From assembly GCF_044704955.1 (NCBI RefSeq), contig NC_091983.1, positions 159,340,001 to 159,404,000 of the forward strand: a DNA stretch of 64,000 nt. The letters are read 5' to 3'. The stretch comes from Pristiophorus japonicus. Its lineage: Eukaryota. This document shows, in pieces, positions 51,268-64,000 of the stretch. How positions within the stretch are numbered: the stretch's first letter is position 1; every line of letters starts with the position of its first letter. The notes beneath the pieces are model-generated. The model was not told where the DNA came from. It did no database searches and saw nothing but the letters and a program-made list of their open reading frames with translations. The position numbers and the translations under genes were made by a program.

Positions 51268-52187
51268 GGTTGTAATGGTGAATGGCTGTTCGGGGCGATT
51301 GTAATGGTGAATGGCTGTTCGAGATGATTGTAATGGTGAATGGCTGTTCGGGGCGATTGTAATGGTGAATGGCTGTTCGGGGCGATTGTAATGGTGAATG
51401 GCTGTTCGGGGCGATTGTAATGGTGAATGGCTGTTCGGGGTGATTGTAATGGTGAATGGCTGTTCGGGGCGATTGTAATGGTGAATGGCTGTTCGGAGCG
51501 ATTGTAATGGTGAATGGCTGTTCGGGGCGATTGTAATGGTGAATGGCTGTTCGGGGCGATTGTAATGGTGAATGGCTGTTCGGGGTGATTGTAATGGTGA
51601 ATGGCTGCTCGGGGCGATTGTAATGGTGAATGGCTGCTCGGGGCGATTGTAATGGTGAATGGCTGCTCGGGGCGATTGTAATGGTGAATGGCTGTTCGGG
51701 GCGATTGTAATGGTGAATGGCTGCTTGGGGCGATTGTAATGGTGAATGGCTGCTCGGGGCGATTGTAATGGTGAATGGCTGTTCGGGGCGATTGTAATGG
51801 TGAATGGCTGCTCGGGGCGATTGTAATGGTGAATGGCTGTTCGGGGCGATTGTAATGGTGAATGGCTGCTCGGGGCCATTGTAATGGTGAATGGCTGTTC
51901 GGGGTATTTGTAATGGTGAATGGCTGCTCGGGGCAATTGTAATGGTGAATGGCTGTTCGGGGCGATTGTAATGGTGAATGGCTGTTCGGGGCGATTGTAA
52001 TGATGAATGGCTACTCGGGGTGATTGTAATGGTGAATGGCTGTTTGGGGTGATTGTAATGGTGAATGGCTGCTCGGGGTGATTGTAATGGTGAATGGCTG
52101 CTCGGGGCGATTGTAATGGTGAATGGCTGTTCGGGGTGATTGTAATGGTGAATGGCTGTTCGGGGTGATTGTAATGGTGAATGGCTG
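51268..52187. repeat. 29-bp minisatellite, ~32 copies
   Basis: Unit GATTGTAATGGTGAATGGCTG(T/C)TCGGGG(C/T), with no spacers. Confidence 0.97.
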
Positions 52188-54618
52188 GGCACACTAATAC
52201 AGCACTACTGCTTCATTTCAAAATCCACTTTTAATATCAGCAGCTGTAGCACCAGAATAACAGTATCAGCCGTGTCATCACAGAGCTATCAGGCAAGCCT
52301 CCTTTATTGAGGAAATATGAACAAGTATGGACAGATGTAGATGAGCAGAGTGTAGTGTCGATCATTTCAGAAATAAACAATAAATTAATGGGTCCATTAA
52401 TCACCATCAAAACTGTATCTGTGGTGATGATAGCCAAAGAGAGCTTATCTGACTTTGACTGGCCATAAACCTGTCCTGAATGTAATGCAATTACCATCCT
52501 GTCTGCATCTGGGGCACTTCTGGGGTGATTTTTGATGAAATTAAGTAGACAAGTCATTCAAGCGTATAATGGATACCTAAATCATAACAAACGTGCAAAA
52601 ACAAAACATTACTAAAATGAGACAATTTAAAAGAAACTGGCAATGGAAGGAATGAAACTGCTTCTGTTATTCTTTAATTTTCACTTTTTGTAAAATCCAA
52701 CACATTTATTTACTTGCAGTATTTAGATTTGCTATTGGTTGTTTTACTAATCGAATAAATATGATACTGTGTAGATTTAAATGAACTATTATACATGTGT
52801 CTTGACTCATCAGAAATCAAATCAGCCCTCCCTCCAGCAATGCAGCTGAGGACTGGACTATATATTAAATATTGTGGTATGTTTTGTTTAATCAACCGAA
52901 CTTTATCAGGCAACACAGTGCAGCACAACCCTCTACCTGTAATTGCATCACCTCTGTGATTGTCTTACCTGTTACAGATTTATGAGCTGTACACTTTAAC
53001 AGTGACAAGTGAAAGTAAAATTATTTTAATAGCAACCATTTTATTTTTGCTCTTAAATGTTTCCATTAAATTATATTCTTAAATGAGCTTGAGCAGCAAC
53101 TATATATCCCAGCTACTCACTGTTTGGTTCACTCAGCTTTAAAATCCCCACGAATTACACAATGTTCCTGGCAAATGTGTACTTGTGAACACACTATTAA
53201 AAAAAGCTAGCATGAAGACAAAACAGCCAATAAACAAAATATAGTATTATGATGTTGGCAATTTAATTATTTATTAAGGACTTAAAGAAGCCAATAATGA
53301 CATGTATACTGGCCACTAAAACCAATAATTTTAAGGGCCGAGTGCCAGTACCATTATGTTCTCCTGACTATTATGACCACATCACTGTCCTTCTGCCGGT
53401 ACTAAGGAGCTTGGCCCTGTTTACAAAATGCCTCAGGGTGAAGAAAGCTGCCATTCAGGGGACTGTGCCTGCAGGCTGCCTCATTCTACCTGACATCCGT
53501 TTGCAGATGGGCCGTTCCCCAGGTAGGCCTGGCAAAGCTCTTTCCATTAATCATTGCTTAAACCATTCTCAAAGGAAAGACCTCAGGTTAGTCATCATTT
53601 GAAAGCAAATTGGGTGAAAAATAGTGCTGGCAATCAGGAGGTTGTGTTGTAATCCCCTGTGAGACCAGTGCAAATGCAAAAACCAGACTCTTCCTTGCAA
53701 GCAAGTAATCTGTCAGTCACTGAACGACATCATAATCCAGTTTAATATAATAACAAACAATACAAATTACAACTTGTTTGACTTCCCTTGTCCTTTGATT
53801 TATTTTGCTTTGAAATGTAGTGAGCCAAGGGACTATATAAAAGAGAAAAAAGTGATTTATACAAATTTATAGAATTGAGAAACACTACTTAATGAAGCCA
53901 ATATGATTAAATCTGGAACGTTTGGATTTCTGGTATTTGTATTGAGAAGACTGTTTGGTTTGATTATAATCAGTCAGAATTCTTAATCAGAAAATTATAG
54001 CTCATTTACTGCATCCTTTTTGTCAATAGAAGCTCCAACTAGTTAGCAGGCAGGTTAAAAATCAAGGAGCAAAACCTCTAGGAATAAAGTTATAATAGTA
54101 ATGACATTTACCCTTTAAGGACTGTAATAGGATTATTGTACCTTGATACCCAAGATATTACAAGTTCAGACCCTTCATTTGTTTCTTCCAAATCTGTTCC
54201 ATGTCATTCATAGTTTGTTGTCCAGAAACCATTGCCATTTTTATTCTATTCTTTTAGAAATTAATCATTGGAAAATGTTTGATCTTCGCACATTAAATAA
54301 GATCTTCCTTAAATGCTACTGATTGGGTTATAGATGACTGTTGTTGATTTGCATTGCAGTCTCAAAGGAAAGACCTCAGTTTGTACTATTGAACAACAGG
54401 ACAATGTTGTAAAACATCATGGTTTTGAATGGTAATAGAATCCTGGGATGTGTCAAATGTATGTTAATTATTTGTAATATATAAGGCTAGAAATGACAAT
54501 TGGTGATATTAGCAGATGAATGGTTAATGCATTCCGATGCCATTGTTTAACAGGTGCTAACACATTTTTTTAATTGGGTTCATGCCTTTGCAAAAATACC
54601 AGGAGAGGAATATCATAT

Positions 54619-54763
54619 ATAAAAGCAAAATACTGTGGATACTGGAAATCGGAAATAAAAACAGATAGATAATGGTGGAAATACTCAGCAGGTCAGGCAG
54701 CATCTAGGGAGAGAGAAATAGAGTTAACATTTCAGGTCGATGACCTTTCATCAGAATCCATAT
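54619..54763 (-). mobile_element. Penelope-type pLTR repeat with minimal hammerhead ribozyme motif
   Basis: Minus strand reads CTGATGA-A-AGGTC-ATC-GACCT-GAAA-TGTT-AACTC and is flanked by the 14-bp direct repeat GAGGAATATCATAT (54605-54618, 54764-54777). Confidence 0.75.
54720..54756 (-). ncRNA. Minimal type I hammerhead ribozyme motif (degenerate)
   Basis: CUGAUGA core, 5-bp stem II, GAAA and a UH site. The 5' strand of stem I is truncated and stem III carries a C>T change relative to the 15076 copy. Confidence 0.6.
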
Positions 54764-54892
54764 GAGGAATATCATATGATGCATTAAACATCATTCATTA
54801 ATATTGGCAGCAATAATTTCCAGCTATAGGTTATTGTATAAAAATCTGTTACAAGCTGAGCTTGATAGAAGTAGCATGACAGATAAAAAGAC

Positions 54893-54941
54893 AATAAAAA
54901 CAGATAATGGTGGAAATACTCAGCAGGTCAGGCAGCATCTA
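54893..54941 (-). repeat. Local partial duplicate of the 54619 repeat
   Basis: Shares AGATAATGGTGGAAATACTCAGCAGGTCAGGCAGCATCTA with 54667-54706. Confidence 0.8.
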
Positions 54942-57900
54942 TGAAGTAGGAGCTGAACATTACATGTAACATCATACAATGAGCACATGGTAATACAATT
55001 CTTGCAGAATACAGGACAATATATTACACACAACATAATATATAGAGGTCACTGGACACAAGACAGCAATGCAAGCTAAGTCTTCTGATGAACGAGAATA
55101 TGGATCCTATCACATCAGACCTCAGGGTATGCAACTTTCATGAGGTAGGACAATGTATAGTATGAGGAAACCATTTGTGCAGTGTTACTTTGTCTTTTTT
55201 GGTACAGTGGGTTACAGAAAAGATTACCATGCAGTAGATATTATATAACAGATAATTGACAAATTGACATTTGAAGGGATTAAAATGGCATCATGAATGT
55301 CAGTTGATGCCCTTGACTAGATTGCTAGCTGTCATTGGATTACTAATATTTTTATATTATACACTATTTTTAGTTTTTTATTGCCAATGTTATTTTAAAG
55401 ATTGATGGTGATTGGCTAAGGAATATGCAAGAAATCAGGTTATTTTAGATGACAAAATTTAGCTCTTCACTGTTCTCTATGATATATAGAAGATGCTGGA
55501 TGGGCAGAAGTGGAATACCAGCAATCATATTTTTCAGATCATATCATAAACTATGAAAGTGAAGCTTAAACAGTTTGTCAGTCATAAGAATTCTGAGATT
55601 CAATTACTGCCTATGATCGTCTCCCACACACCCAGTATTGTGACATTACATGGAATCATGTTGACCTTTGCTGGAGCTGCTAATGGTGCTGGATGATGAT
55701 GTAAAATGATGTAGGGTCTCACAGAATGCCAGTTCTTTTTCCTCATGGTGAATTATGAAGGAACGCACCAATCTCCATATAATATATGCCAATATTTTCT
55801 CTCCCCTTGCTAAACAAAAGAGAGTATTTGTCTCAGCAGGAATGTTTCACAATAAATGGCAATGATTGACGTTTATGTTTCCTCTTATAAGAAATCAAAA
55901 TCACTGTTGGAATGTATATAATGAACATAACTGCAAAGAGTAAGAGCTGCTGAGTCAAGTTACTATGAATCTGCCATTTCTATTTCTCTTCATTTCTAAC
56001 TCTGTATTGGAGGATCCAGTGTTTTTAATATAAAGGCATCTGGAAATTTTAATTTGTATAGATGACTGTCATTTCTGATTGAACAGAAAAATATTTTGTA
56101 AGAAGGGATATGAAAATATTTTATAATCTTATGTAGTCTATTGATATTTACTTTGTTTTTGGTCCCAAATGTGTTACTGACACATATGACTCAGCAGCAT
56201 GTAAAACGTTCACAGAATAGATGCTAGAAAATATGAAAATTGGTCACCAGGGGTTTAGAAAACAACAAATTCATCTTAAAGATATCAAATCAGTTTTGTC
56301 ATATTACTATGGCAAAAATAGCACTCCTACCTCAACTTGATTATCACTTTAAGTGGGGGTCAAAATGTAGTTAAGGTAACAAACATTCATCTCAAACTAT
56401 GAAATGTAATAATATATCACATATATCACATATAGCATAACAATTTTTCGGAAAATTTACCCCAAAAAATTGATTGATTATTCCGAAACATTTCTCACAA
56501 ATCCAAAATATCAATTCTCTTCTCAACATGGTTTCTCCTTAGGTTGGATCAAAAATAAATGGAATGAAAAGAGATATTGTACATCCTAACCTATATTTAT
56601 CACACATAGATTACAATTGGTAACATCTTTACTTTTGCATACGATCTTCGATTAGTTTAAGTGAATTTGTTTTTATCTAAAAGTAATGTCAGAACATATT
56701 GGACGTGTTTCTTCCTAAATCATAAAGGGAAAATAGCCCATAAAATGCAAAAGTTCATTGTCTTGCTGCCTCTTCTGCATGTACATGTGCATAAATTGAA
56801 GTTAAAAACAGCAACATTCGAACAAAATTATCCTTTTGTTCTGCTTCAGTGTGGCCCTGCCCATTCAGAACAAAGCTGGCAGAGCTCTGGTTCTGTTTTA
56901 CAATATGTATGATGCACATATTTAAGTCCTGGTTTTCAATCATTGCAGTGACATCTGGTTCGAGTTGCAAACAGTGGCTATTGAAAACACACATCCATAA
57001 ACAATATGGATAATTGTAAACGACATCTGCGCTGCCACATTAATGAACGTTTCATACAATAAAGCTGAAATAAGGTACATAAGGTGGGTATCGCCTAATA
57101 CTGGACTGCAAATTAAAAAAAAATCTAACCTCATTAAAGCATTCAAGATGCTTTACTAGATACTCGAATGTCCAAAGTGCACGGTACAAACCTGCACCTC
57201 CCACGTGCCAGCTTCCTTTCATGTGATCTGAAGGTAACTTGTCCCTGATTTCGCAGATTCAGAAAAATCAGTTTTTCCTCATTTTTGAGGTATTTTAATC
57301 TATTCAATTACAAATAGCACTGGTGAGTTAGGAAAGCAATTCCCACGAGATGTAACATTATTGCGGATTGTAGAGTATAAATACATATCCAAAAATAAAT
57401 AGACTACAATGAAAAATTGGAATTTTATTGCCCTGTAAACTCGTTATGACAAAAAAACGCCAAATCCAAAATCTAGCGTATCTTTCAGAATGGGGAAGAC
57501 AAAAAAAAGTTGTTGTTTGGACATGTTTTCCTTAAAATAAATGATCAGAAAGGTTTAGTTTCTCGTCAAGATATCGGATCACATTTGCTTAACTGCTTTC
57601 CGGAGCTTGTTATCACCTTACATCACTTGCCTGAACCGAGTGCTTAAGTCTCATTAGGAAATTGTACAATAACACTTGAAATTGGCTGGGACTGAGAAGT
57701 TTTCATTCATTTAACGCAGGGATTTCATCCGATGCTCCCTGCGATTTGAAAATAAAATCTCAATAGAACAAGCGAATGAAAGACAGCTCCGTCTTCCTTT
57801 TCAAAGGCATGAATTTAAATCTCAACATTTTAAAAAAACAATCTTGTGGTTGTTATTTTAGAATAGACGTGAAACTTTTCTGCATGCAACAGATTTTACT

Positions 57901-60900
57901 GTACCAATTTATTGCGGGCATCACACTTTTTGCATTGCTGCCAAAAATTAAGTGAAAGGATAACATTAACGAGAAATTGAACAAGAAATTAGAGGCCCAA
58001 GTGAACACAGGATTAATAAGTTTAAAAAAAATATTCGTCCACCTCATTTCACAATGTTTTTTTAAAAAAAGGATTGTGTCTGAGTATGCTTTATTTTTGA
58101 AAGATGTTTCCAAAGTGTTGTAGATCCTTAAAGTACCTGAGCTAAGCAGTCAGCCACCCATCTGATTAGCAGCGTTTAGATGGCATATTGCTGTCAGATT
58201 TCCCTTGGTCATGCCAATCAGAGGGGTAAGGTGTTGAGTTAGCATGGCTGCTGTAGCAATCATACGGCCTCAATATGTTTGTCCCTCCCTGCAGACCCCC
58301 AGAGATAACCTGCAGCCTGCCTCAACCATCATACAGGATTATTAGGTTGACTGCACCGGCATGGCAACCCAGAACAGCAGCTATCAGCGGCAAGATTTAT
58401 TGCTTCATTTGACAAACAGAGATTGGCAAACCAAGCATGACACTTCGGGGACTGAGATTTAGCACCATGACACAACCAAGTTTGCTATTTAAAAAAACTC
58501 CTCCAGTCTTTAGCCCGGCTGCATTAGCATAGAATGGCATCTGGCTTCCACTGTAAGCTCTATGTAATAATTCAAAAAGCAGCTTTGATCGCTCTCATAC
58601 GTTTCCTTAGGCACTGCAAGGAGAGAAAGTAGCCAGTGAGACTCTATGGAGAGAAAAAAAAGACAGGACTCCCGGTGTAAGTGTGTCCAATATGGTTTTC
58701 TTTTCCATTCTCCACAGTCAAGGGCACAACATGGGGCTCTCATCTGTCACAGAGGCACAGCTCTACCTGCCTCCTCTCTGAATCTCTCAGCTGCCAGCTC
58801 AGGATGAGACCCTCTGTCTGTCTCCACATAAAATATTACACTGTCATCTGCTGACCTGATTGTGGTCCTACTTCAGGAATCAAAGGATCGACACTAAACA
58901 AGATGTCAAAGATAAAAGCATAAGACAGTAATTGTTCCCTATTGTCTACTTAGGATTCAGTCCTCTTTTAAGAAGGATTATGCATAATAGATCATAGATC
59001 TCGTTTTGATATTTGCTTAAAGCTGTAGTGTCCGTTTTTTAAAGCATTCGGTGGCTACTCAGTTTTCTATCTTTGGACATAAAATATAGAGTATGTATTC
59101 GGATTTAAAGTACTTCCATTCGAGAATAAATGAAAGAAAGAGAGTGAAAGAAAGAAAATGAGAAAGAAAGAAAACATTAAAGGAAAACATCTACATTATT
59201 CGAAGTAAAATAATGAATAGTTGGGGTCGATCTAATGACAGTGACTGAGAGACGTCAATATGTGCTTTCCCCCTTGTTGCTTGTTGAAAATATCGCCGAG
59301 TTAATGTTTAAGGGAGAGGAACAGTGCATTAAACTGGCTTGTTGGTCACAGTGTCGAAGGTGGACAGTAAACGCCATGCTGTGCCACAAGTGTCCTCAAT
59401 AATGACAGTCCGAGTGCGATAGCTGCTCCCTGGTATATGGCAGTGCCTCTACGAAGTAAATATTTCGATTGAAATGATAGTTGGCAAATTTATAAGAAAA
59501 GATGGAAAATTATTATTGTGCTTGTTCATAACGAGAATGTGATCAAATGTAACCAGATGGGTTGAGGGTATTGGGACAGCAATTCAGTGATTCTATGTTG
59601 GGAAAGCGAGAGAAATAAGTAAAGGAGGAAAGAGAAAATGCAGAGAAGAGGGTTAGTGGGGGAGTCTCGTGAAGTATTGGTTTGATTTTGTTACTGAGTA
59701 ACGTTTATTTCGATTTCTCGGTTAAATTCTAATTGCTATTTTCTATTCTTCCAATTTACAGGAATTTCCAGAGAGCACACCCTGAGATTCCTATCGGCGG
59801 TAGAGCGCTGGCACTGCATAGGTAGGAAACAGATTTCAGTTTGTTTTAAATGCATCGATAGACTTGGACTTAAAACGAATTGAATATAATTGTCCGTTTG
59901 ATTAGCTCCTGGAATCTTTCATTCCTATAATGGTTTAGCACAAGAAGGCGATTTTCACATCTCGCTTTAGAAAGTAGAAATTAAACGAAAAGGCGAACCA
60001 TGGACACCCTGCCTGAATTGTTTGGGTGTGAGGAAGTTCTCTGCTGATGGACTGTAGCGGTTCAGTGCGGGCAGTGAGCCTGGCGGCGAGTTACTGATTA
60101 CACCGGCCAGTGTAATTGTAATTAGAGTTTCAAGTGTTTTCTCTGAACCATTTCAATGCCACTTTGGTGCTTTTTTAAACGCCGCATTCTTACAGTCACA
60201 AAGCTAAAGTTAAAATTAACAGCTCGCCTTTCGTTCCGCCTTCCCCCGGATAAAAGCGAAATATTTTCAGGTTGACTGAAAGTTTGTTAAACTATTTATT
60301 TTGCAGAAAATTCACCGTGACGTGGCACGCGCTGCAAGAAAGAAATCCCCCTCGCTATTTAACAAATTACTTGTTTTTTTTGGAGGAGGGGAAAATGCGA
60401 CAATCCTTCCTTTTTGTTGGGTTTCTTCATTTGTGTGAAATTAGCAATGTCGGTAAAGCTGGCTGAAAGGGTGAGATTAGTTTGTCTTTTGTGCGGCGGG
60501 GACAGTCTTTGTAAAAACTTCACCCAGCCCATTGAACAAGATCCAGCGAACAGAGGATTAAAAACCACCTCTAGACATTTATTAAAGTAAGAATAATTAC
60601 GTGGAAAACCCTTACAGCAGGCACAGCAAATAGCAGCCGGTGGGCTTGCAAATATTGTCAATAATATCACGTATCGATAAGATAAGATATTTGTGTTCAT
60701 TACAGAAAGTTAGTTTAGAAAGCGCTAACAGTGCTTTCTTATATTTAAAAAAATACAAAAGTCGCAATTACATATATCGATAGGAAAAATAACTTTTGTT
60801 GAATATTTCGGTCGTAGATAAACCAGAACGAGTGTTTTACGGTAACTGTATATAAATATATTTTAAATGGGTAGAAAAATGAAAGTGCAACCCAGAGTTA

Positions 60901-63454
60901 GCTGATCGCGGTTGTTTTATAAACTAAAGGTATTAATAATATTAGTTACAGTTAATAGCGTAGGCACGCTTATTAGACGGATCCGGTGACAATGGTCAGT
61001 TTGACTCTCGGAGTAAGCGGCTCTTTATGTGGTTGATGTCAGTACAAGTTATATATTTAACTCGGTGACGAGGCATGTCAGACCACGGAGAAAAGGAGTG
61101 TTCAGGGCTGATATGAAAATGAAGTGATTCCCCCCTATAAATGTCATTTATTTATGTCGGGACTCTCACCCCAACAATGCCGTTATTTATAGCTCCTTTT
61201 CTTGGCCACGTTAATGTTTTCCAGTTGGCCTGAGCTGGTTTGCTCGGTTCCTGGAGAGCCGGGTGCCTCGCCGAGTCGCTGTCTGTTTTTTTGCAGGTGT
61301 TAAATCATGTAGCAACTTCAGTCCTAGTTTTAATCACAACAATCGGATGTCAGGAGAGAATTTAAACATCAGAATAAAATTAAATCATGAAAAAGGAATC
61401 AGAAACACACGAAAAAACGTTCAAGTTTAATGTATTATGCCAGTTGTAACATAGGTACATTTATATTCCCCATCACCGTAACTTGCGGGATGACCAGCTC
61501 CAACTTCAGTACTTTGTTAGATCTCAAAATAAACAGCAAAAAGAGATCAAAATCCGACCACAGTTAAAACTTTATTTCTTAAAGAAATAAGGAGAGAAAA
61601 GGCATCGGGAGCAACTGCTGAAGTGTGTGCGTTTGGTTGTTCCCTTGACTGGACTGTTTGTTTCCATCAAACGTTTCCCAGGTGTCGAATTTCTTCTCAC
61701 ACTCAACCTTGCCCATCTAACTATCTGGGAGAGGCTCAGTGTGAGAAGATATGTGACCCCTGCACTTATATTTATATACTGATAAATTGCAAAGTGTTTT
61801 CTGTTTTCGCAGGTCAGTGACCCCATCCACACCAGGCTTGGTCCAGCTCGGCTCTGCCGCTTCCCCGGGGCAGGCGGGACGCTTTCTTTCATATCCTTCG
61901 CATTCTAAAGTAAAGGTAGCGTTTGAGCCTGGTCTTTTCTCTCGTCCTTACTGAGGTGACAGCCACTCCGGGTAATGGATTGCTGTCCCGAGACTGAACT
62001 CACTGGGCAGCCGTACATCAGTTCTACAAACCCCAGCAATTCCCCGCCGTATTCCACACCAACTCGGAAAAAAAAAACACTCGGAATGCCTCCTTTGACC
62101 GTTTTAACTCACTTGTTTATTTATGTATCTGAATGTTGTGATTGGAATGAATCCCAACTCTACTTGACCATGTAACTCTCAATATTTTTTTTAAATGAAT
62201 GTCTATGTGTGTGTGTGTGTGTTAGATATCTCCAATGACACCTAGTATGGGGCATTTCACACTGTCCGAGTGTGGGAGCTCAGTCTTGCAGTTTATTGAT
62301 ATGAGCAAAGTGTAGCTGGGATTGAAATTCTGCGGCTGAATTCTGGACCTTTGGGAATTCCAAGAATTGAACCGACATCAATAAGCACGTCAACCGAATG
62401 TTTAATTTTGTTTTTTTTAAATGCAATAAGTTTGAAACGCTCACCGATACGGTGCATTGGCTCCACCTCCGTGGCCTCTCCCCGGTAGAATCAGCGAGGT
62501 TTCTCCTTTTGCAGATGGATAGTTTTCGGTGATTTTTTTGTCAGTTTTTGTTTCATATTTTTGGGTGAAGTTGTTACATCTGAATTCAAAAATTCAAAGA
62601 CTCCCCAGCGTCATGAACCAATAGCAACTGTTATCAACTACGTAAACGATTGGCAGAATAAGTCAGCGACAAATACATCTTACCGAACGCTCCTCTGCTA
62701 AAATCAATCTCGCTCGCTCGTATTGAGGTTCATTTGTTTAACCTTTTAATGGCAGCCTTCGAATATTGAATATTATTTTTGCATGTGTCTAATTAAAATA
62801 GGTCAGTTCTAAGTCTGTTTTCGTGATTGAATTTGATTTGGTTACAAGTGATTCATCCTGGCAAAGACCCGCCAACTCTTTGCTGACACAAACACGTCGC
62901 TTGTTTAAAGTCTGGAATTACAACATACCGAACAAAAGTCACACACGGTAAAGAACCCCCATCATGGCTCCAACTTTTGGAAGCTGGCCCATAAACCTGT
63001 TACTGGCCCTAAAAAAATCACAGCGTTGGGAAAAGTTTGACATTTCCAAATCACATTCTTGGAATATCCTGTACCTCCCTCATAGATGTGGTTACAGTTT
63101 AACCTTAAACTGACCAACTTCAATAGGATCTGAACATATATCTTAAAAGGTGATTTCAAGGTTCATGCAGAGGAAGCCCAGTTATCTTCAAAATCTCCTA
63201 CAATCTGGGGCGTCTGCAAAATCAAGAATGACCCTCAGAACTTCTCCAATCATATGTTCAGCTTCCGAGCTTCTTTGATTGTATTTAAGGGATGTCACAG
63301 GACGCTGCACAGCAAAACAATACAGGAAATAAAGGCAGGGAATGCCGGAACTACACAACATTTGTAAGGAGAAAAGATGGAGGAATGATCTGGGTGTAGT
63401 GTAGACTCTTAGTCAGAAATCAGAGTTCTTCCCAAGGGTTACACCTGAACCATT

Positions 63455-63710
63455 ACATACATACTTAGGATTACATAGGATATACGGCACAGAAACAGGC
63501 CATTCGTCCCAACCAGTTCATTGGCGTTTATGCTCCACTCCTTCCTTCTTCCCTTATCTAAATCTATCAGCATGACCCCCTATTCCCTTCTCCCTCATAT
63601 GCTTATCTAGCCTCCTCTTAAATGCATCTATACCATGTGCCTCAACTACTCCCTGTGATAGCGAGTTCCATTTTTTCACCACCCTCTGGTTAAAAACGCT
63701 TCTTCTATTT
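63455..63710 (-). mobile_element. Old CR1 3' end
   Basis: ACAGAAACAGGCCATTCG...GAGTTCCA..CACCACCCTCTGG.AAAA is the typical CR1 3' end in reverse. Confidence 0.75.
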
Positions 63711-63744
63711 GATTTGTTAGCGACTATATTAATTTAAGTTGCCT

Positions 63745-63825
63745 TTGTAGAGATGCTGATGGACCTGCTACATATTTCCAAATTGTTGTTGGTTTTCTTT
63801 CCGATTTCCAGCATTTCCAATTTCC
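63745..63825 (+). mobile_element. Degenerate Penelope-type pLTR fragment
   Basis: AGATGCTG..GGACCTGCT...TATTTCCA...TTTCCGATTTCCAGCAT is homologous to the reverse complement of 54630-54705. Confidence 0.6.
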
Positions 63826-64000
63826 TTCGCGTTATCCTTACACAATAATAAAGGATGCGTTGGCAACATGATCTGCATGCAGGAGGTCTGCATATATCCT
63901 GGTCAACCTGCTAGCTTCCTTTAAAGATTAACCACCTCCTTACATAAGGCTGTTAGAAAGCTTATGGTGCTTTTAAGCGCTTTCCAGCTGATACTAATTT

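Noticed and set aside
51268-52187. CRISPR-like array
   Set aside because: Head-to-tail repeats without spacers, in a vertebrate context with no cas genes.
51133-52194. 353-aa and 348-aa ORFs
   Set aside because: They are by-products of a 29-bp (non-triplet) minisatellite lacking stops on one strand.
60272-63159. Short ORFs at the right end as host exons
   Set aside because: No recognisable domain or coherent coding exon chain.

Overview
Eukaryotic DNA, most likely from a shark or other cartilaginous fish (inferred from the repeat families). No intact host protein-coding gene is recognisable. Bases ~1-51 kb are nested, decayed transposable elements. These include several CR1 LINE subfamilies, five Mag-like Gypsy LTR retrotransposons plus a solo LTR (5-bp TSDs, tRNA-Ser-type PBS, FQDD RT motif), an RTE LINE, L2 remnants, PIF/Harbinger elements and MITEs, and LF-SINE-like and DeuSINE-like SINEs. 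A 29-bp minisatellite (51.3-52.2 kb) is followed by ~12 kb of repeat-poor, possibly regulatory DNA. The most notable object is a ~350-bp poly(A)-tailed, TSD-flanked retroposon (36076-36428, minus strand) built from rearranged U2 snRNA modules. It has a U2 5' head, an Sm site, a duplicated stem-loop III, stem-loop IV and a second head, and its branch-point-recognition region is replaced by a new hairpin. It is a candidate snRNA-derived SINE (SINEU) outside crocodilians. Other highlights are a gag-protease-only LTR element with a Cys/His tandem-repeat ORF in place of RT/RNaseH/IN, hammerhead-ribozyme-bearing Penelope-type repeats, CTCF-like motifs in four LTR families, apparent gene conversion between two neighbouring Gypsy copies, and one LF-SINE stretched to 8.5 kb by nested insertions. 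Family names come from recalled sequence motifs, not from database searches.
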